Of a DNA stretch of 64,000 bases, positions 1 to 13,077 are shown in pieces. The stretch spans positions 79,218,697-79,282,696 of the forward strand of contig NC_068983.1 in NCBI RefSeq assembly GCF_001194135.2, given 5' to 3'. Under the pieces are notes generated by a model. That model had not been told where the DNA came from. It saw only the letters and a program-made list of their open reading frames with translations, and did no database searches. Position 1 is the stretch's first letter. Every line of letters starts with the position of its first letter. The stretch is from Octopus bimaculoides (taxonomy: Eukaryota). The position numbers and the translations under genes were made by a program.

Positions 1-80
<80 letters not shown>
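1..80. repeat. (TA)n microsatellite
   Basis: Pure TA run at window start. Confidence 0.99.
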
Positions 81-84
<4 letters not shown>

Positions 85-109
85 CAACAGTTTATATTAA
101 CAATATAAT

Positions 110-156
110 GTTATAGTCTGCTTCGTCGCAGCTGACCATGGGTTAAACATCAACAG
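110..156 (+). promoter_or_regulatory. Candidate non-coding first exon in a CpG-rich stretch
   Basis: CpGs are locally frequent (cttcgtcgc, tatgcgtg, aacgtccgac, aatcgtat) against a CpG-poor background; donor-like AACAG|GTATGC at 156/157. Confidence 0.25.
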
Positions 157-556
157 GTATGCGTGAGAAGGGAGGAGAAATGATTCACCTGGTTTATTTC
201 ACCCAAATCTTTTCTTATGGTTAATACATTATTTATATGTCTCCACTAATCACACCACAACGTGTTTAATCCATTATAATATCCTTTTGTAAATCATGGA
301 ATGAGACGCCAGTAATAATTCTCTTTAATTCTCTGTTTATTACTTGGCTTCGTTTCTAAGTCAGTTGTGGAGTATCACAATAAACAGCCATTTCTTTCTC
401 TCCTAAACGTCCGACAGTTTCAAATCGTATCCTTCCTCAGCTTATCGTTTTGATTTTATAATTTATGACTTTTCATACTTTTGATTTCAAACATGCTGAT
501 TACAGATAGGTATTTGTTTTAAAAATTTTCACAATTCACTTTTTTTTTTATTTGAT

Positions 557-770
557 GGAGTAGCGGAATCGTTAGCACACAGGACAAAATGCTTGACGGC
601 TTGACGTCATTTTGCCCGTCTTTACGTTCTGCGTTCAACTTCTGATGTCGACTTTTGCCTTTTGTCCTTTTGGAATCGATAAAATATTAGTTGAGCACTG
701 AGGTCGGTGTAATCAACTAACCCCCTCCCCTAATATTCAGGTCTTGTGCCTATAATAGAAAGGATTATAA
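557..770 (+). mobile_element. SINE family B (short element ending ...cttgtgcctata..gaaaggattat)
   Basis: Homologous to copies at 32160-32356, 37105-37330, 45345-45540, 45810-46010, 48640-48850, 48865-49080 and 50270-50423; shared gtcgactttgcctttcatcctttc and aagtaccag blocks. Confidence 0.85.
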
Positions 771-879
771 TAGAAAAAGAAAGCAAATCCAGCTAAACAT
801 TCATTGAATGCAATGGCATTTAGGGAGTCAATCAAGTACTTGTTCCAGACAACGTTTGCAGGCTTGGGCCATGTGAGAC

Positions 880-920
880 ATGGCTCATCGTCTGGCGGAC
901 CACACTATTGAAAATTCAAG
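880..920 (+). CDS. Candidate first coding exon, MAHRLADHTIENS(R/S); product unknown
   Basis: Acceptor ttgttccag| at 848/849, gacATGG at 880, open frame to AAG|GTAATT at 920/921; locally GC- and CpG-richer. No downstream exon could be linked and the peptide is not recognised. Confidence 0.3.
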
Positions 921-1371
921 GTAATTTTATGTTGGGCGTGCCATTCAGGAAGCCCTGCTGGCTGCAGTTTGCCCACGATTGATTTAGAGAGTCAGATATA
1001 TGTGGCCCTGAAATAGTGGTAATTGAAGTTAAGGAAGCTGTGCACGAATTTCTCTGCTACATGTTGTTGTCACAGTAGGTAAAAAACACTTACATTAAAG
1101 TAAATATATATAACTGAAATATTGGCTCCAAGCAGTGTTTAGGCATAAGCAAACTTTAGATTAGTTGAAATATGCTTGTGACGTATTTCAACTGCTAAAA
1201 TGCAAATTCACTGCAGTTAGCATAGAGAAAATTTTCTTTTATATGGTAAAATGGTGTAAAATGCCATATCTATTCAGTGTTGCCATCTGCCAAGATTCCC
1301 AGACATCGATGTTTCTAGCTCATTAGCTGTTATCAATGGGACATACCTAAGAGAGACAACTCTGAACAGAT

Positions 1372-1417
<46 letters not shown>

Positions 1418-3461
1418 CAGTATGTCTGAAAATAATATGCATGCTTCCTCCACTTTTTTTTTTTTTTTTTTGCAGCAAATCAATCAAATAGAATGCATTT
1501 ACATTCTTATTTCATCCACAGTGAGGCTTTTTAATTTCAAGATTTATGTTCTTGTGGTTTATATTGTATTTTGCATATAATAGATATGGTTTTATGACAA
1601 GCCACCAAAGATGCAAATATGCAAATTAAGTTATCCACAATGGTGCTAGCCTAATTTGTCTGCTTTACTTAGTGACTAACTGATGCTATTGATTAGGAAA
1701 GGAAGTTAGGTATGTCTTCTCATATATGCAACCAACAAACTATGAAATAGTTTGTCAGGAGATTCCCTCTTTTTTCTACTCAACAATAGCGGAGAATATC
1801 ATAACGACCAAATGATTGTCATCATTTTCTTTATCAATACTTCTTACAACCCTTATTGGGTCAAGCCATTAAGGAGTGTGTTACGTCCCTCACACAAGTG
1901 TTAAAATTGTCCTTGTAGGATGCTGTATAAAGCATGCCCATAGTTATTGGCTATCTGATGTCAAGGTTAGTAATGATGCCTATCACTGGATTTACTGACA
2001 TGAGGGAAATTAAAAAGTCATCTGAGGAGATACAATCTGCACTGTTATGCAAGATATTGATTATGCAGCATCTCACCTGTGAGGTATAGTTGCAAGATGA
2101 ATCACAACAATTGTAGTGGATTTGAATAAAGAATATCATGAATTACATTTTCTATCTCTGATATATGAAATATTCATGCATAAGGCATTAACAGAATATG
2201 TTTCTGTCTTGAGAACAGACCAGTTAAGTCAGCCATCTTAAGGTCAGTGCATAACTGTTGCTGCAGAGGGTCTGAGGAGGCTCATGAGCACATGAATAAT
2301 ATAATTTTGTTATATTCCAGATAGTGTTAGTCTGTCAATGTTCTTGATGTTGATGACAATGCAGCACAAATGAGTGAAACAGTCACATTCATTGGAAGAA
2401 CTATTGATTCAATAAGTGCTAATTCATATCCTAGAAAGTCACTCAGAGTGAACGAATTAACCAAACCTCTAACTTAGCTAATAAAAAGTTAATGTAATGC
2501 AGTTTTGGACCAAATATCTCACAAGCTTTGATTTTCTGGGTTTTCTGCTTTTTTTGGAGATAGCCTAAATATATACTTCTAAAATAAACTATGGAAAGTA
2601 AAGAACTAAATTATATTTAACAAATTCAGATTCATACATGAAAGCAGAGTCTGTTTGATATTTATTAATCCACTTAAAATTCTTAAAATATATCACATAC
2701 TGCATACTGCACAGTGTATACAGTGTAATGTTTATAGGATGGAAACTAAACATAATAAAGTGAACTTGATTTTATTTAACAAATACAGGTACAAATTAAT
2801 ACACTTCTTAAGTAGTGTGTTTAATCTTTATCAATCCACTCAAAAAAGCAAAGAACATAACTATTTTAACACATACAAATTAACCGGCATCAAAAACAGG
2901 GTCTGCTTGCTCAATACAGGGAGCAGCATATTGCATGATGCTGCACAGTATTCTTGCATTTCTGGAAATTGCAGATTTCTAGAAGCCAAATAAGAGGGAC
3001 TTATGCCAATAACACTCTGGTTAACTAAATTAAAAGAAATGTGTGTGTGTGAGAGAAGAGAGAGAGAGAGAGAGAAACAGACAGACAGACAGAGAAAATC
3101 AATAAACTAAGACTAGTCTGATAAAAGGGATTTAGAGAAATGTTTTTCTTGGGGAAAACAATGTCTATATGTAAAGTAAGCGATGGGCATTAATAAATGT
3201 TGACCCATTGGCAACTTGAAAATGGAGCAGCTTCATGTGTTGCATGTTTTATTTCTTAGCCGTTGTTCAATCTGCTAAACATAACAACCAAAACCTCTTT
3301 CAAATGGCATCTTTGCATTGAATAATGTTGTTCAAGGTATACTATGCTTGAAAAAATGTTAGAATGATCACAACTTAGAATGACTTTGATCATAGTTCTG
3401 CTTAATCAGGGCTGATTTGGTACTTAGTAATGTCCTCTTTCTCTCTTGTATATCTTATATA

Positions 3462-3851
3462 GTGGAGGCGCAATGGCCCAGTGGTTAGAGCAGTGGACTC
3501 GCGGTCATAGGATCGTGGTTTCAATTCCCAGACCGGCCGTTGTGAGTGTTTATTGAGCAAAAACACCTAAAGCTCCACAAGGCTCCGGCAGGGGATGGTG
3601 GTGAACCCTGCTGTACTCTTTCACCACAACTTTCTCTCACTCTTACTTCCTGTTTCTGTTGTGCCAGTAATTCAAGGGGTCAGCCTTGTCACACTGTGTC
3701 ACGCTGAATATCCCTGAGAACTACATTAATGGTACACGTGTCTGGGGAGAGCTCAGCCACTTGCATGTTAATTTCATGAGCAGGCTATTCCGTTGATCGG
3801 ATCAACTGAAACCCTCGACATCGTAAGCGACGGAGTGCCAACAACAACAAC
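3462..3851 (+). mobile_element. tRNA-derived SINE family C, copy 1
   Basis: A box TGGCCCAGTGG, B box GGTTTCAATTCC, (CAA)n tail; collinear with 10030-10418. Confidence 0.92.
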
Positions 3852-4921
3852 ATTTTATAGAACTCTGAGTAGATTTTAACCACTTACCACTATGCTGGCA
3901 AATTATACTAGAGAACTTCATAATGTGGGATTGTTGATTCATTTCCAGAGAGTTGTTGTTCAGCCCCAGGTCAGTTCAGTTTGAGCAAATATATGATAAG
4001 ACATTCAGGTTGCAATCATATCATTTTCTCAATGTATGCACCCAACACTATATTATCTAGCATCTATATAGAGTCCTTCAAAGGGATTATATAGGGTAGT
4101 GATAAGCCCTTAGTGTAGAGTAAAGACTATTGTGTATCAGCTGTAGTATGGATTCCAAGTTTCAACAAATTTACTTAAGTAAGCTTATTCCTTCTTCCAG
4201 TTTCTTTAACCCAGCATATCTGAAGCATCCTCCTTTTGTTTCTCAATGGAAATCTAATAAACATTGCATGCAACTAATTAATTTTACTCACAAAAAGTAG
4301 ATGATAATATTCTATATTTAAACATATTTAAGACAGTATTTAAAATTCCTAATTAGAACTAATTATGCAGTGAGTAAAAGAAAAACGATAAAGTTAGTAA
4401 TCGTTAATATTGTTTTTATTATTGTGGCAAGTATGCCGAGCAACTCATTGTATATTTCAGCATTATTAGACCTCCTCAGTGAAATATATATTTTACTGTA
4501 ATTGACAAGAAAACTACCAAAATATAACATCTGTTGTAGAGAAGCAAATGTTCAGAGAATAAATTACTCTTAGGCACTTAAATTGTAAATTTTAGATGAG
4601 TTACATCATTAGCCAGCAGTTTGCTATCTCTAGAGAATAAATAAGCACTAACAGGTTCCTTGCAATTGCTACACAGCCTAATCATGACCAACAATCGTTG
4701 TTAATTAAAAGAAAATGAAAAAAATGAGTTTCAGTTTTGTTTCATTACTCCTAGTAAATTTGTAAATGAATCTATGTAACTGCTTCAAATAATTAAGTAT
4801 TGAGATCTTGTGCAGGTGGAGGTGGAATCTAATTTATTTTAATGCTAAATAGCAGTGAGTGATTCTAATCAAAGCAGAAAAAATCTGACTGAGTTGAAAT
4901 TTTGGGAATATTTTTTATTAC

Positions 4922-5110
4922 ATCATCATTTAACATTTGTTTTCCCTTGCTGGTATGGATTGTTTGGTTTGACAAAAGCTGGTGAGCTAGATCTATACCA
5001 AGCTATATTGTTTTGATATGGTTTCTATGGCTGGATGCCCTTTCTAATGTCAGTCACTTTACAGAGTGTATTGGATGCTTTTTACATGGTGATCACCAAG
5101 TACCTTGCAA
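4922..5110 (-). mobile_element. Degenerate family D fragment (RTE 3' tail-like)
   Basis: catcatcattttaac...atggctggatgcccttt ctaatg..cactttacagagtgta blocks shared with 6075-6460 and 42672-42965. Confidence 0.7.
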
Positions 5111-6074
5111 GACAAAGACCCCAGACTGGGAGGGGGAATAGCATTGAGAGAAGTGGCTTTGTGCCAGTTGAAAGGGTAAAGTATAATAGATAAAACTGGG
5201 TGTCTTGCTATAGAGGAGATACTTGGCTATTCTACTTTAAAAAAAGAGAAATAAAGTTAGTGAGAAAGATAGGCACAGAGAGAGAGAATGGTGATGTGCT
5301 GGTACAATGGGGTGAGTAAAAGTTGTACAGCGGATTAGGAGGTAATAATAATTTTAAGTGTTGTTAAACCCAATTTTTTATTTATAACTAATTAGTAATT
5401 TTGAATGTTTATTAATCCATCAATTTCCGAAAAGAATCACCTGGTTTTACATAGTCCCTTTTATGACAAAAAAAAAACAAAAAAAAGAAATTACTTTGTT
5501 TCCCAGTTCTTCTGGATTTAGCTACATATAATCTCCAAAAGAATGAAGTAATGCATGGGGCAAAGATATAAATTGGACATTTTACATTAACTTGTTCGGT
5601 ACCCCATGACTTGAATTCGGTACCCCATGACATGCATTCATATATTGTTGCATTGATTTTTCATGCATTCAGATTGATAAAATTACTACTGATAGTAGAG
5701 TCAAGGAATTGTCTTTAACCATAAAAGAAATCCATTGAACTGATGCTTGCTTATTGTGTTATATATATTTTAGTTTTTATTCTATTGAATAATTCACTAT
5801 TTGAAGCTGGCATTATGATAAAGTTGTGCAATAAACTTTCATAAATTTTTTCATTTACTTCCATTATCAAACAACAGAATCCACCTTTTGATAAGAATGG
5901 AAAGGTAGCTGGTAGAATGGGAAGTTGTGTCCATGGGTAAAATAACTGAGCTATAATTGCTGAGACATTTTCAAAATTGAAAACTTATAAATATAGAGCT
6001 ATATATACATATATATAATGTAAAGTGTTGGATAGTCTTTTTCTGTTCCATGTATCCATTATATATATATATAA

Positions 6075-6460
6075 TCATCATCATTATCATTTAACATCCA
6101 TTGTCCATGCTAGCACGGGTTGGACAGTTTGACCAGGGCTGGCACGATGGAAGGCTGAACCAGACTCCAGTCTGATCTGGCATGGTTTCTATGGTTGGAT
6201 GACCTTTCTAATGCCAACCACTCCGAGAGTGTAACAGGTTCTTTTATGTGCCACTGGCATGGGTGCCATTTGCATGCTACCAGTATCTGCCAAGACTGAT
6301 TTTACTTGACTTGATGGGCCTTCTTCTCAAGCACGATATAATGCCAAAGGTCTTAGTCATTGCCTCCAAGAAGCCCAACACTTGAAAGGAACTCAGCCAC
6401 TTTGCCTCTGTGAGGCCCAATGCTTGAAAGGTGCTCTTTACACACCACCGGCATGGGTGC
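6075..6460 (-). mobile_element. Family D element (RTE 3' tail/UTR-derived)
   Basis: Reverse complement of the 31381-31628 tail (cccatgctagcatggaaagcggacgttaaacgatgatga). Confidence 0.85.
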
Positions 6461-6845
6461 CAGTTATATATATATATATATATATAACATCATTATTTAA
6501 CATCCACTTTTCCATACTTGCATACATTAGGCAAAATTCATTGAGGTAGATTATTTTTCTTTGGGCAGATGCTCACACTGTCATCCTTCTCTTCCATGTT
6601 TCATGTTGGTGTGGATTGAATGGTCTGACAGGTCTGAGAACATCATGCTTCAATGTTTGCTTTCACATAGTTTTTTACAGCTCCATCCACTTCTTGATGT
6701 TTTCTTTTTGTGATACCAGCTTTAGTTAGGTGACCAAGCAGCCTGCAAGACTAAAATACCTTGTGTCTGAATAAGGGGACAGTAGTGAGGGAGGCAGCGT
6801 AAAACTGCCTTTCAGTCTCTTTCACTCTCTCTCCCTCTCTGAATT

Positions 6846-6871
6846 TTAACCCCTCATACATGAGGGTTTAA
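6846..6871. repeat. 26 bp palindrome TTAA-CCCCTCAT-AC-ATGAGGGT-TTAA
   Basis: Arms reverse-complementary with one mismatch, TTAA at both ends. Confidence 0.6.
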
Positions 6872-7019
6872 GGTATGAAACATTATAAGCTTTTTTTTTA
6901 CTCTATATAAAAACTATATGGAAACTTGCAGTTAGAAGAGGAGTTGTAGTTCAGTTTCTAAGGGCAGAGTGGGTGAAAAGTGTGTTGTTACATGTGGGTA
7001 GGACACAACTCTTCTAGCA

Positions 7020-7615
7020 CTCAGTTTCATGAACAGTTCTTCTCTAGAACTTCATATCACCAAACGCCTTGGTCCATTGTCATTTTTTCTGTGAGCCCCA
7101 GCATCCTAATATAAGTCTTCACCACTTCATCCCATGTCTTCTTGGGTTTCCTCTTCTACAGGTACCATCCACTTTCAGTGTCAGGCACTTCTGTATACAG
7201 CTGTCTTCATTCATATGCATCACATGTCCAAACTAATGCAGCCTCTTCTCCTGTATACCACATTTAATCCCTCTTATGCATAACTTTTCTCTCAACACAG
7301 TTGTCTTTTGTTGGTTGTGCACACTATTGTTGCAAATCCAACAAAGCATACTACCTTCATTCCTCTCTATATATGTCTTCTGCAGTCAGAGCCCATGTCT
7401 CACCACTATGTAACATACCCATTCTCATACTGGCGTCATACAATCTACCTTTCACTCTGAGAGAGAGAGTCCTTTTACTGCCAATAAATGCAGTAATTCA
7501 CTGAACTTCCTCCATCCTTTTCTAGAAACAATACTTTCAGAGCATCGATCACTGTTACTAATCTGGTAACCTAAATAGCAGAAACTATCTACTACTCCAA
7601 ATGAACCTCCTGGGC
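7020..7615 (-). mobile_element. RTE-clade LINE fragment, RT C-terminus, frameshifted
   Basis: VVDSFCYLGYQISNS...GWRKFSELLHLLAVKGLSL matches the less decayed copy at 30548-30849. Confidence 0.88.
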
Positions 7616-7677
7616 ATTTGATATATATATATATATATATAGATACATACATACATACATATATATANNNNNNNNNN

Positions 7678-7717
<40 letters not shown>

Positions 7718-8108
7718 GTATGTATGTATATATTGGATGATAAAACGAATGGTTTTCACCTGGTAGCTTGCTAGTAAAGCACAGTCACTCTCACAGTGAT
7801 TATGTATATTCCATCTTCCGTCTTTCATTTGCCATATATATGTATAAAGATGCAGATATATATGTGTGTGCGTAGATAGATAGATAGATAAAAGATGTTT
7901 TAATAATTATAGAATTAAAGCTTTGGATATTGAGTGAAATAAGATTCACAAACATTGTAGAATTATTTGTTTATTGTTTTATTGTATATAAAATTCCACC
8001 TGATTTTCCTAACATTTTTGCCTAAAAAATTTTAACCATTCATCATTGAGAATTGTACAAGTATAATTGGGTAAAATTAAAGCAATTATTACCAGTTTAC
8101 AACTTTAA

Positions 8109-8299
8109 CCCTTTAGCATTCAAATTTCTCTGTCAAATGTAATGCATATTTATTCACATTGTTTAGAATTAACCATGCATTATCTCATAGCTTTGAGATT
8201 TCGACGATCTGATTGTTTGTTTTTTGAATGATTTTGTAGAGGCCAGATCTAGCTAGCTTTATTATATGACAGAACATTTGAACCAGATACGTTAAAGGG
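8109..8299 (+). mobile_element. piggyBac-type MITE
   Basis: TTAA|CCCTTTAGC ... GTTAAAGGG|TTAG termini; inverted homologue at ~34385-34580. Confidence 0.7.
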
Positions 8300-9364
8300 T
8301 TAGAATACTAACTACATCCTTCCACTTTCTAAACTTCTTAGATCAGTCATTATGTTGTATATTTGTTCAAGGTAGATACATTTGTTTTCTTTTAATTTAG
8401 CTCAGTTGTAAAAGCAGCTTCCGCTCCTATTTCATAGTTGAGTGGTTAGTTGGCGTTCAACTACAAAACAATAGCTTCATTCAGAAAAAAATATTAAATG
8501 ACACCAAAACAAAGCATTCTACTCATGGGAATGCAGAAATAGAGGACAAGGATTCAATAACATCCCTGGCTTGTCATAATGTATTGAACTGCTTCCTTAA
8601 CCATGTTTAAATTTTTTTTTCTATTTCAGTTTTATAATGCATTCCCTAAATCAATTTTAAAATTTCTTCAAAATTTGAAATCTTTTGAAACTCATTATCT
8701 CTTAGGCTGTGGCAGTCCTACTCTCTTTTTTTATCACAATCTATAGACAAGGCTTGCTCTCCCTTTCTCCTCTCTTCTCTTTTATCCCCCCTCTCTCTCT
8801 CTCTTCTCTTTTCCCTCTCTGCTTTTTTTTTCCCCTCTTGCCCCTCGCTTATTTCTGGTGTCATCTATTTTAATTCTTCTGGGGACTTTTGTCAAGCATT
8901 TTATGTTCCGAAAATAACTAGCCAATTAGAATGTGTTGGTGGCCCACTCTGAATTTTCTGAAGTTTGCCTCATTTGCATTCCTGTTCTAAACTTAATTTC
9001 ACCCACATTATCACCCTTTACTCTTTATCTTTGTCATGTGTACATTTTACTGGAAAATTTATCTGCTTTGTCTATATATATAACCTTTATTCAAACATTA
9101 TCCTCCTCTACACTTGTTTTTTCTAAAAAAAATAATTTTGTTAGTCTATTATCCTCCCCTCCATATATTTTCATTTTCTATCTCTCTCTATTTGCTTTTC
9201 TAGCAGCTATCTCACAATGCCTGCACTTCTGTTAGCCTTTCAGACACCTGCACTCAACTATCAAACACTCCAGCTAAAGAACAATACATGGCTTGTTCAA
9301 CCTCACTAAAGATAACTCCTCTTGGGAGCTCTTGCTGCCACACACTTCAAACAAGTATTTTTTA

Positions 9365-9600
9365 TCTTTTACTTGTTTCAGCTGGGGCAGAATTGATGAA
9401 TTGCTAGTCAAATGAATCAATCCCAGTACTTATTTTTTGTTAAGCCTGGTATTTATTCTATCAGTCTCTTTTGTTGAACCACTAAGTTACAGGGATGTAA
9501 ACACACCGACACCAGTTGCCAAGCACAGACACATACACACGCACACACATATATGATGGGCTTCTACCAAATCCAGTCACAAGGCTTTGATAGTACAAGA
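9365..9600 (-). mobile_element. SINE family A, partial
   Basis: ttttacttgtttcag...acttattctatcagtctctttt...gtaaacacacc blocks shared with 38232-38650. Confidence 0.8.
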
Positions 9601-10029
9601 ACAGAGGGGAATTTGGGCCTTTACTGGAACTTCTCTAGTGCTGGTACAAGAATAAAACACTAAAATTTTTTTTTTCATTTTGGGAGCTGATGGTATTCAT
9701 AATTGCCTTAATGAGAACATCATAAATACTACCTCACAGGCTTGTTTTTTCTATCTGAAACTTTGACAGCTACTGCAACTTCTGCCTCTCCAAACAAGCA
9801 ATTTGCAGCAGCCACCACCTCCACTCTCATTCCCTTTGCTTCATCTCTATCTTTACATTATCCACAATCCTTATTAAACAAACTTGCTCAGCCATTCCTT
9901 CAAGAGTAGCAGCAAATATCTGGCATTCGTTTTTTGTCCATGTTCATTCAGCAGATGTTGATCCACAGGTGTTCAGCCACTTCTGTCTAATGATTAATGA
10001 TTTGTAAAGGATATGGGTGCTGTACTTAC

Positions 10030-10418
10030 GTGGAGGCGCAATGGCCCAGTGGTTAGGACAGCGGACTCGCGGTCATAGGATCGCGGTTTCAATTCCCAGA
10101 CCGGCCGTTGTGAGTGTTTATTGAGTGAAAACACCTAAAGCTCCACTAGGCTCCGGCAGGGGATGGTGGCGAACCCTGCTGTACTCTTTCACCACAACTT
10201 TCTCTCACTCTTACTTCCTGTTTCTGTTGTGCCTGTAATTCAAAGGGCCAGCCTTGTCCCACTGTGTCACGCTGAATATCCCCGAGAACTACATTAAGGG
10301 TACACATGTCTGTGGAGTGCTCAGCCACTTGCACGTTAATTTCACGAGCAGGTTGTTCCATTGATCAGATCAACTGGAACCCTCGACGTTGTAAGCAACA
10401 GAGTGCCAACAACAAGAA
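10030..10418 (+). mobile_element. tRNA-derived SINE family C, copy 2, with 11 bp TSD
   Basis: Same A/B boxes and tail as 3462-3851; GCTGTACTTAC at 10019-10029 and 10419-10429. Confidence 0.95.
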
Positions 10419-11989
10419 GCTGTACTTACTCCTCTGCTCAATTAATAATGACAAATTTCTAAAAACTTTACATCGACTTCAAAACGGGGGTTTCTTTGAA
10501 GAAACCAAAACCCTTTACTTTTAACTAGCTTAAAAGTGACCCTATCAGGCGGCTTTTAAGTTAGCTCCTGTGGAGGGCTCTTCATTGAGCTTTGGGCCCA
10601 ACAATGACACTTCATGCATTGAGTATATATTAAATTTTATTAAACTTGACCAGTATTCTTCAAGCAATGAACAATTTTCATTAAAACAAGGATATAATTT
10701 GTCAACTTGGAACTTAGTGCAAAGCTGCATGATAAACAGCATTTTTTTGTCTTCCCATTTGAGGGTCAGTGCAATTTTTTTTCTATCTAGCCTCTTTTTT
10801 TCTCTCTCTCTCTCTCTCTGTTGATTGTTTTCATCCATCACCAGTACCACCACTATTGCCACCACAACTGCCATACACACTCCATTCAGACTTCTGATGC
10901 CACCACCATCAATACCTTTGACTTCTCTGCCTTCCCCTCCACCACCATCACCACTGTCTTTCACATCGTTTACTGTCACCATCATCTCTGACCACCTTGG
11001 CTACCACCACCAATATCACCGTTGCCTCCACCTCTATCACAGCTTCAGCTCATACTATTACTATCACCCTTTTACCATCACAACCAACAATCTACTACCA
11101 TCCTCACCGTCTCTATGCCTACTATTACTCTCACCCCAACATGAGGAATAGTAGAAGTGTCACTGAATAGTGAGAGAGGGGGTCAAAGTGTGACACACTG
11201 ACACAGAAATTCGATTTAGCATTTACTATTATAGATGATGAGGAGGAAGATGTTTTTGTGATCCAGTTTTTCATAAAAGTTTAGTGTAAGTAAAGTGAAA
11301 TGGTTTTCATCAACAATAGAAACAGACTGTAATCTCTGCTCCATTGAACATAACTTTACTTTATGGTATTTGCACTTAATAAACAATTATTGTTTCTTAT
11401 TAGGAAGATCTGAAACCTCTTTGTTTAACATGGGTTTATATCTGATATTTTAATGCTGTGTATTGTATCAAACCTGCAGGACTGAACGCAAAAGCCAATA
11501 TATTCTGGCAAGAATTTTATCAGAAGATAGGGAAGCAACTGTTTAAGACAATTTAATCTGCTGTTTTACTATCTCTATAGTCCTCGTTACAAACAGACAC
11601 ACTTGCATGCATGTCAGTCAAAATGATTCAGAAAGCTTTAAGTTTTTAAACTAAAGTGTTAAAATGTACAAAAATGTTTGAAAATATATTAAACTTTGGT
11701 GACTTTCTGAGATAAGGAATTTGATGTATGAATGTGTGTAGTTTGATTTGTAAACTCATGACCATTGGGATATGTTTAAACATGTTTGTTTCTCACTAAT
11801 GTTTTCTGATTTTACTTTCTGTTTATGAATGTTGAAAATTAAATCAATAAGTGCATGTGTATGTGTGTTAAAGCTAGGTTTGATCAAATTCAATTCATAT
11901 TTGATTTTTCTTGAATAATTACAGAAAATGAAATTTCTTCAGCTGTGACAACCTATGATTTTTATGTATATAAATATTTTTCATCTTGT

Positions 11990-12348
11990 TTCTATCACTA
12001 GACTATAGCCATGCTGGGGTGCTGCCTTGAAGAATTTTAGTAAAACAAATTGTCCCTAGTATTTTCTTTAAACCTGGTACTTACTCTATCAGTTTCTTTT
12101 GCTGAATCTACGTTACGGGGACGTAGGCACACCAGCACCCGTCATTAAGCAGTGGTGGGGAACAAAACACAGATACAAAGACATAAATATGCATATATAT
12201 GACGAGTTTCTTTCAGTTTCTGTCTACCAAATCCACTCACTAAGCTTTGGTTGGCCCAAGTAGATGATATTTGTCCAAGGTGCCACACAATGGGACTGAA
12301 CCTGTAACCATGTAGTTGGGAAGCAAACTTCTTATCACACAGCCACAC

Positions 12349-12355
<7 letters not shown>
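11990..12355 (-). mobile_element. SINE family A
   Basis: Collinear with 57852-58256 in reverse orientation; tRNA-like head at right end. Confidence 0.88.
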
Positions 12356-12386
<31 letters not shown>

Positions 12387-13077
12387 TTAACCATTGATTT
12401 AACAAATTAATGGGAGGGAGCATCTATCTGTAAGTGTTGGAAGCCTGTTAAATTGAATTTAAGCAGGGTGTGTGTTAATTCAGAGAGTCTGTTAGATTGC
12501 TGGCAACCTAGGGGGTCATGGTGTATTGTTTTTAATGTAAAAAAAGCTTGAAATATAAACTCATGCACAATATAAGATTAGTAAATTATAATAAAGAATA
12601 TGTGATTTGATTTCCTTTTTATAACATTGATGTGTACTACCATAATGGTCTGGGAGTGAACAGGAATCTATCACCTGCAAATTTATCTGAAGTGTGCATA
12701 AAATGTGAGTTCTTGTATTCTCTGCCCACATGTATGTCGCTATGATGTACTGGCTGTTGGAGGTGAAATATAAGTGAGAATTGAGGAATTAGCTTAACCC
12801 TTTCTCACCAAATACACTGTCTTTATTTCAATTAATTCTGACAAGAATTTAGTAAAAACAATTTTGTTTTTATTAAACTGGTGTCTGGAACATAAATTAA
12901 CATGAAATGTTTAAGGAGAACATCTTCAATTCTTTACAATTTCAATATTGTTTCTTAATTATGACTGTTCTGAATTGGTGGAAATATACAAAATAAGGGA
13001 CAGCCTTTGACATTTCGCACTTTCACTTGTCACTACAATAACATTGATGTGATGTTTATCCTTGTTGATTACATATT

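Noticed and set aside
5878-5936. Plus-strand candidate exon NPPFDKNGKVAGRMGSCVHG
   Set aside because: NPPF suggests a methyltransferase motif but the context matches none I know, and the phase does not join the 880-920 exon.
10545-11151. 146 aa and 108 aa ORFs
   Set aside because: Low-complexity CAC/CAT/CT-rich sequence with no recognisable domain.
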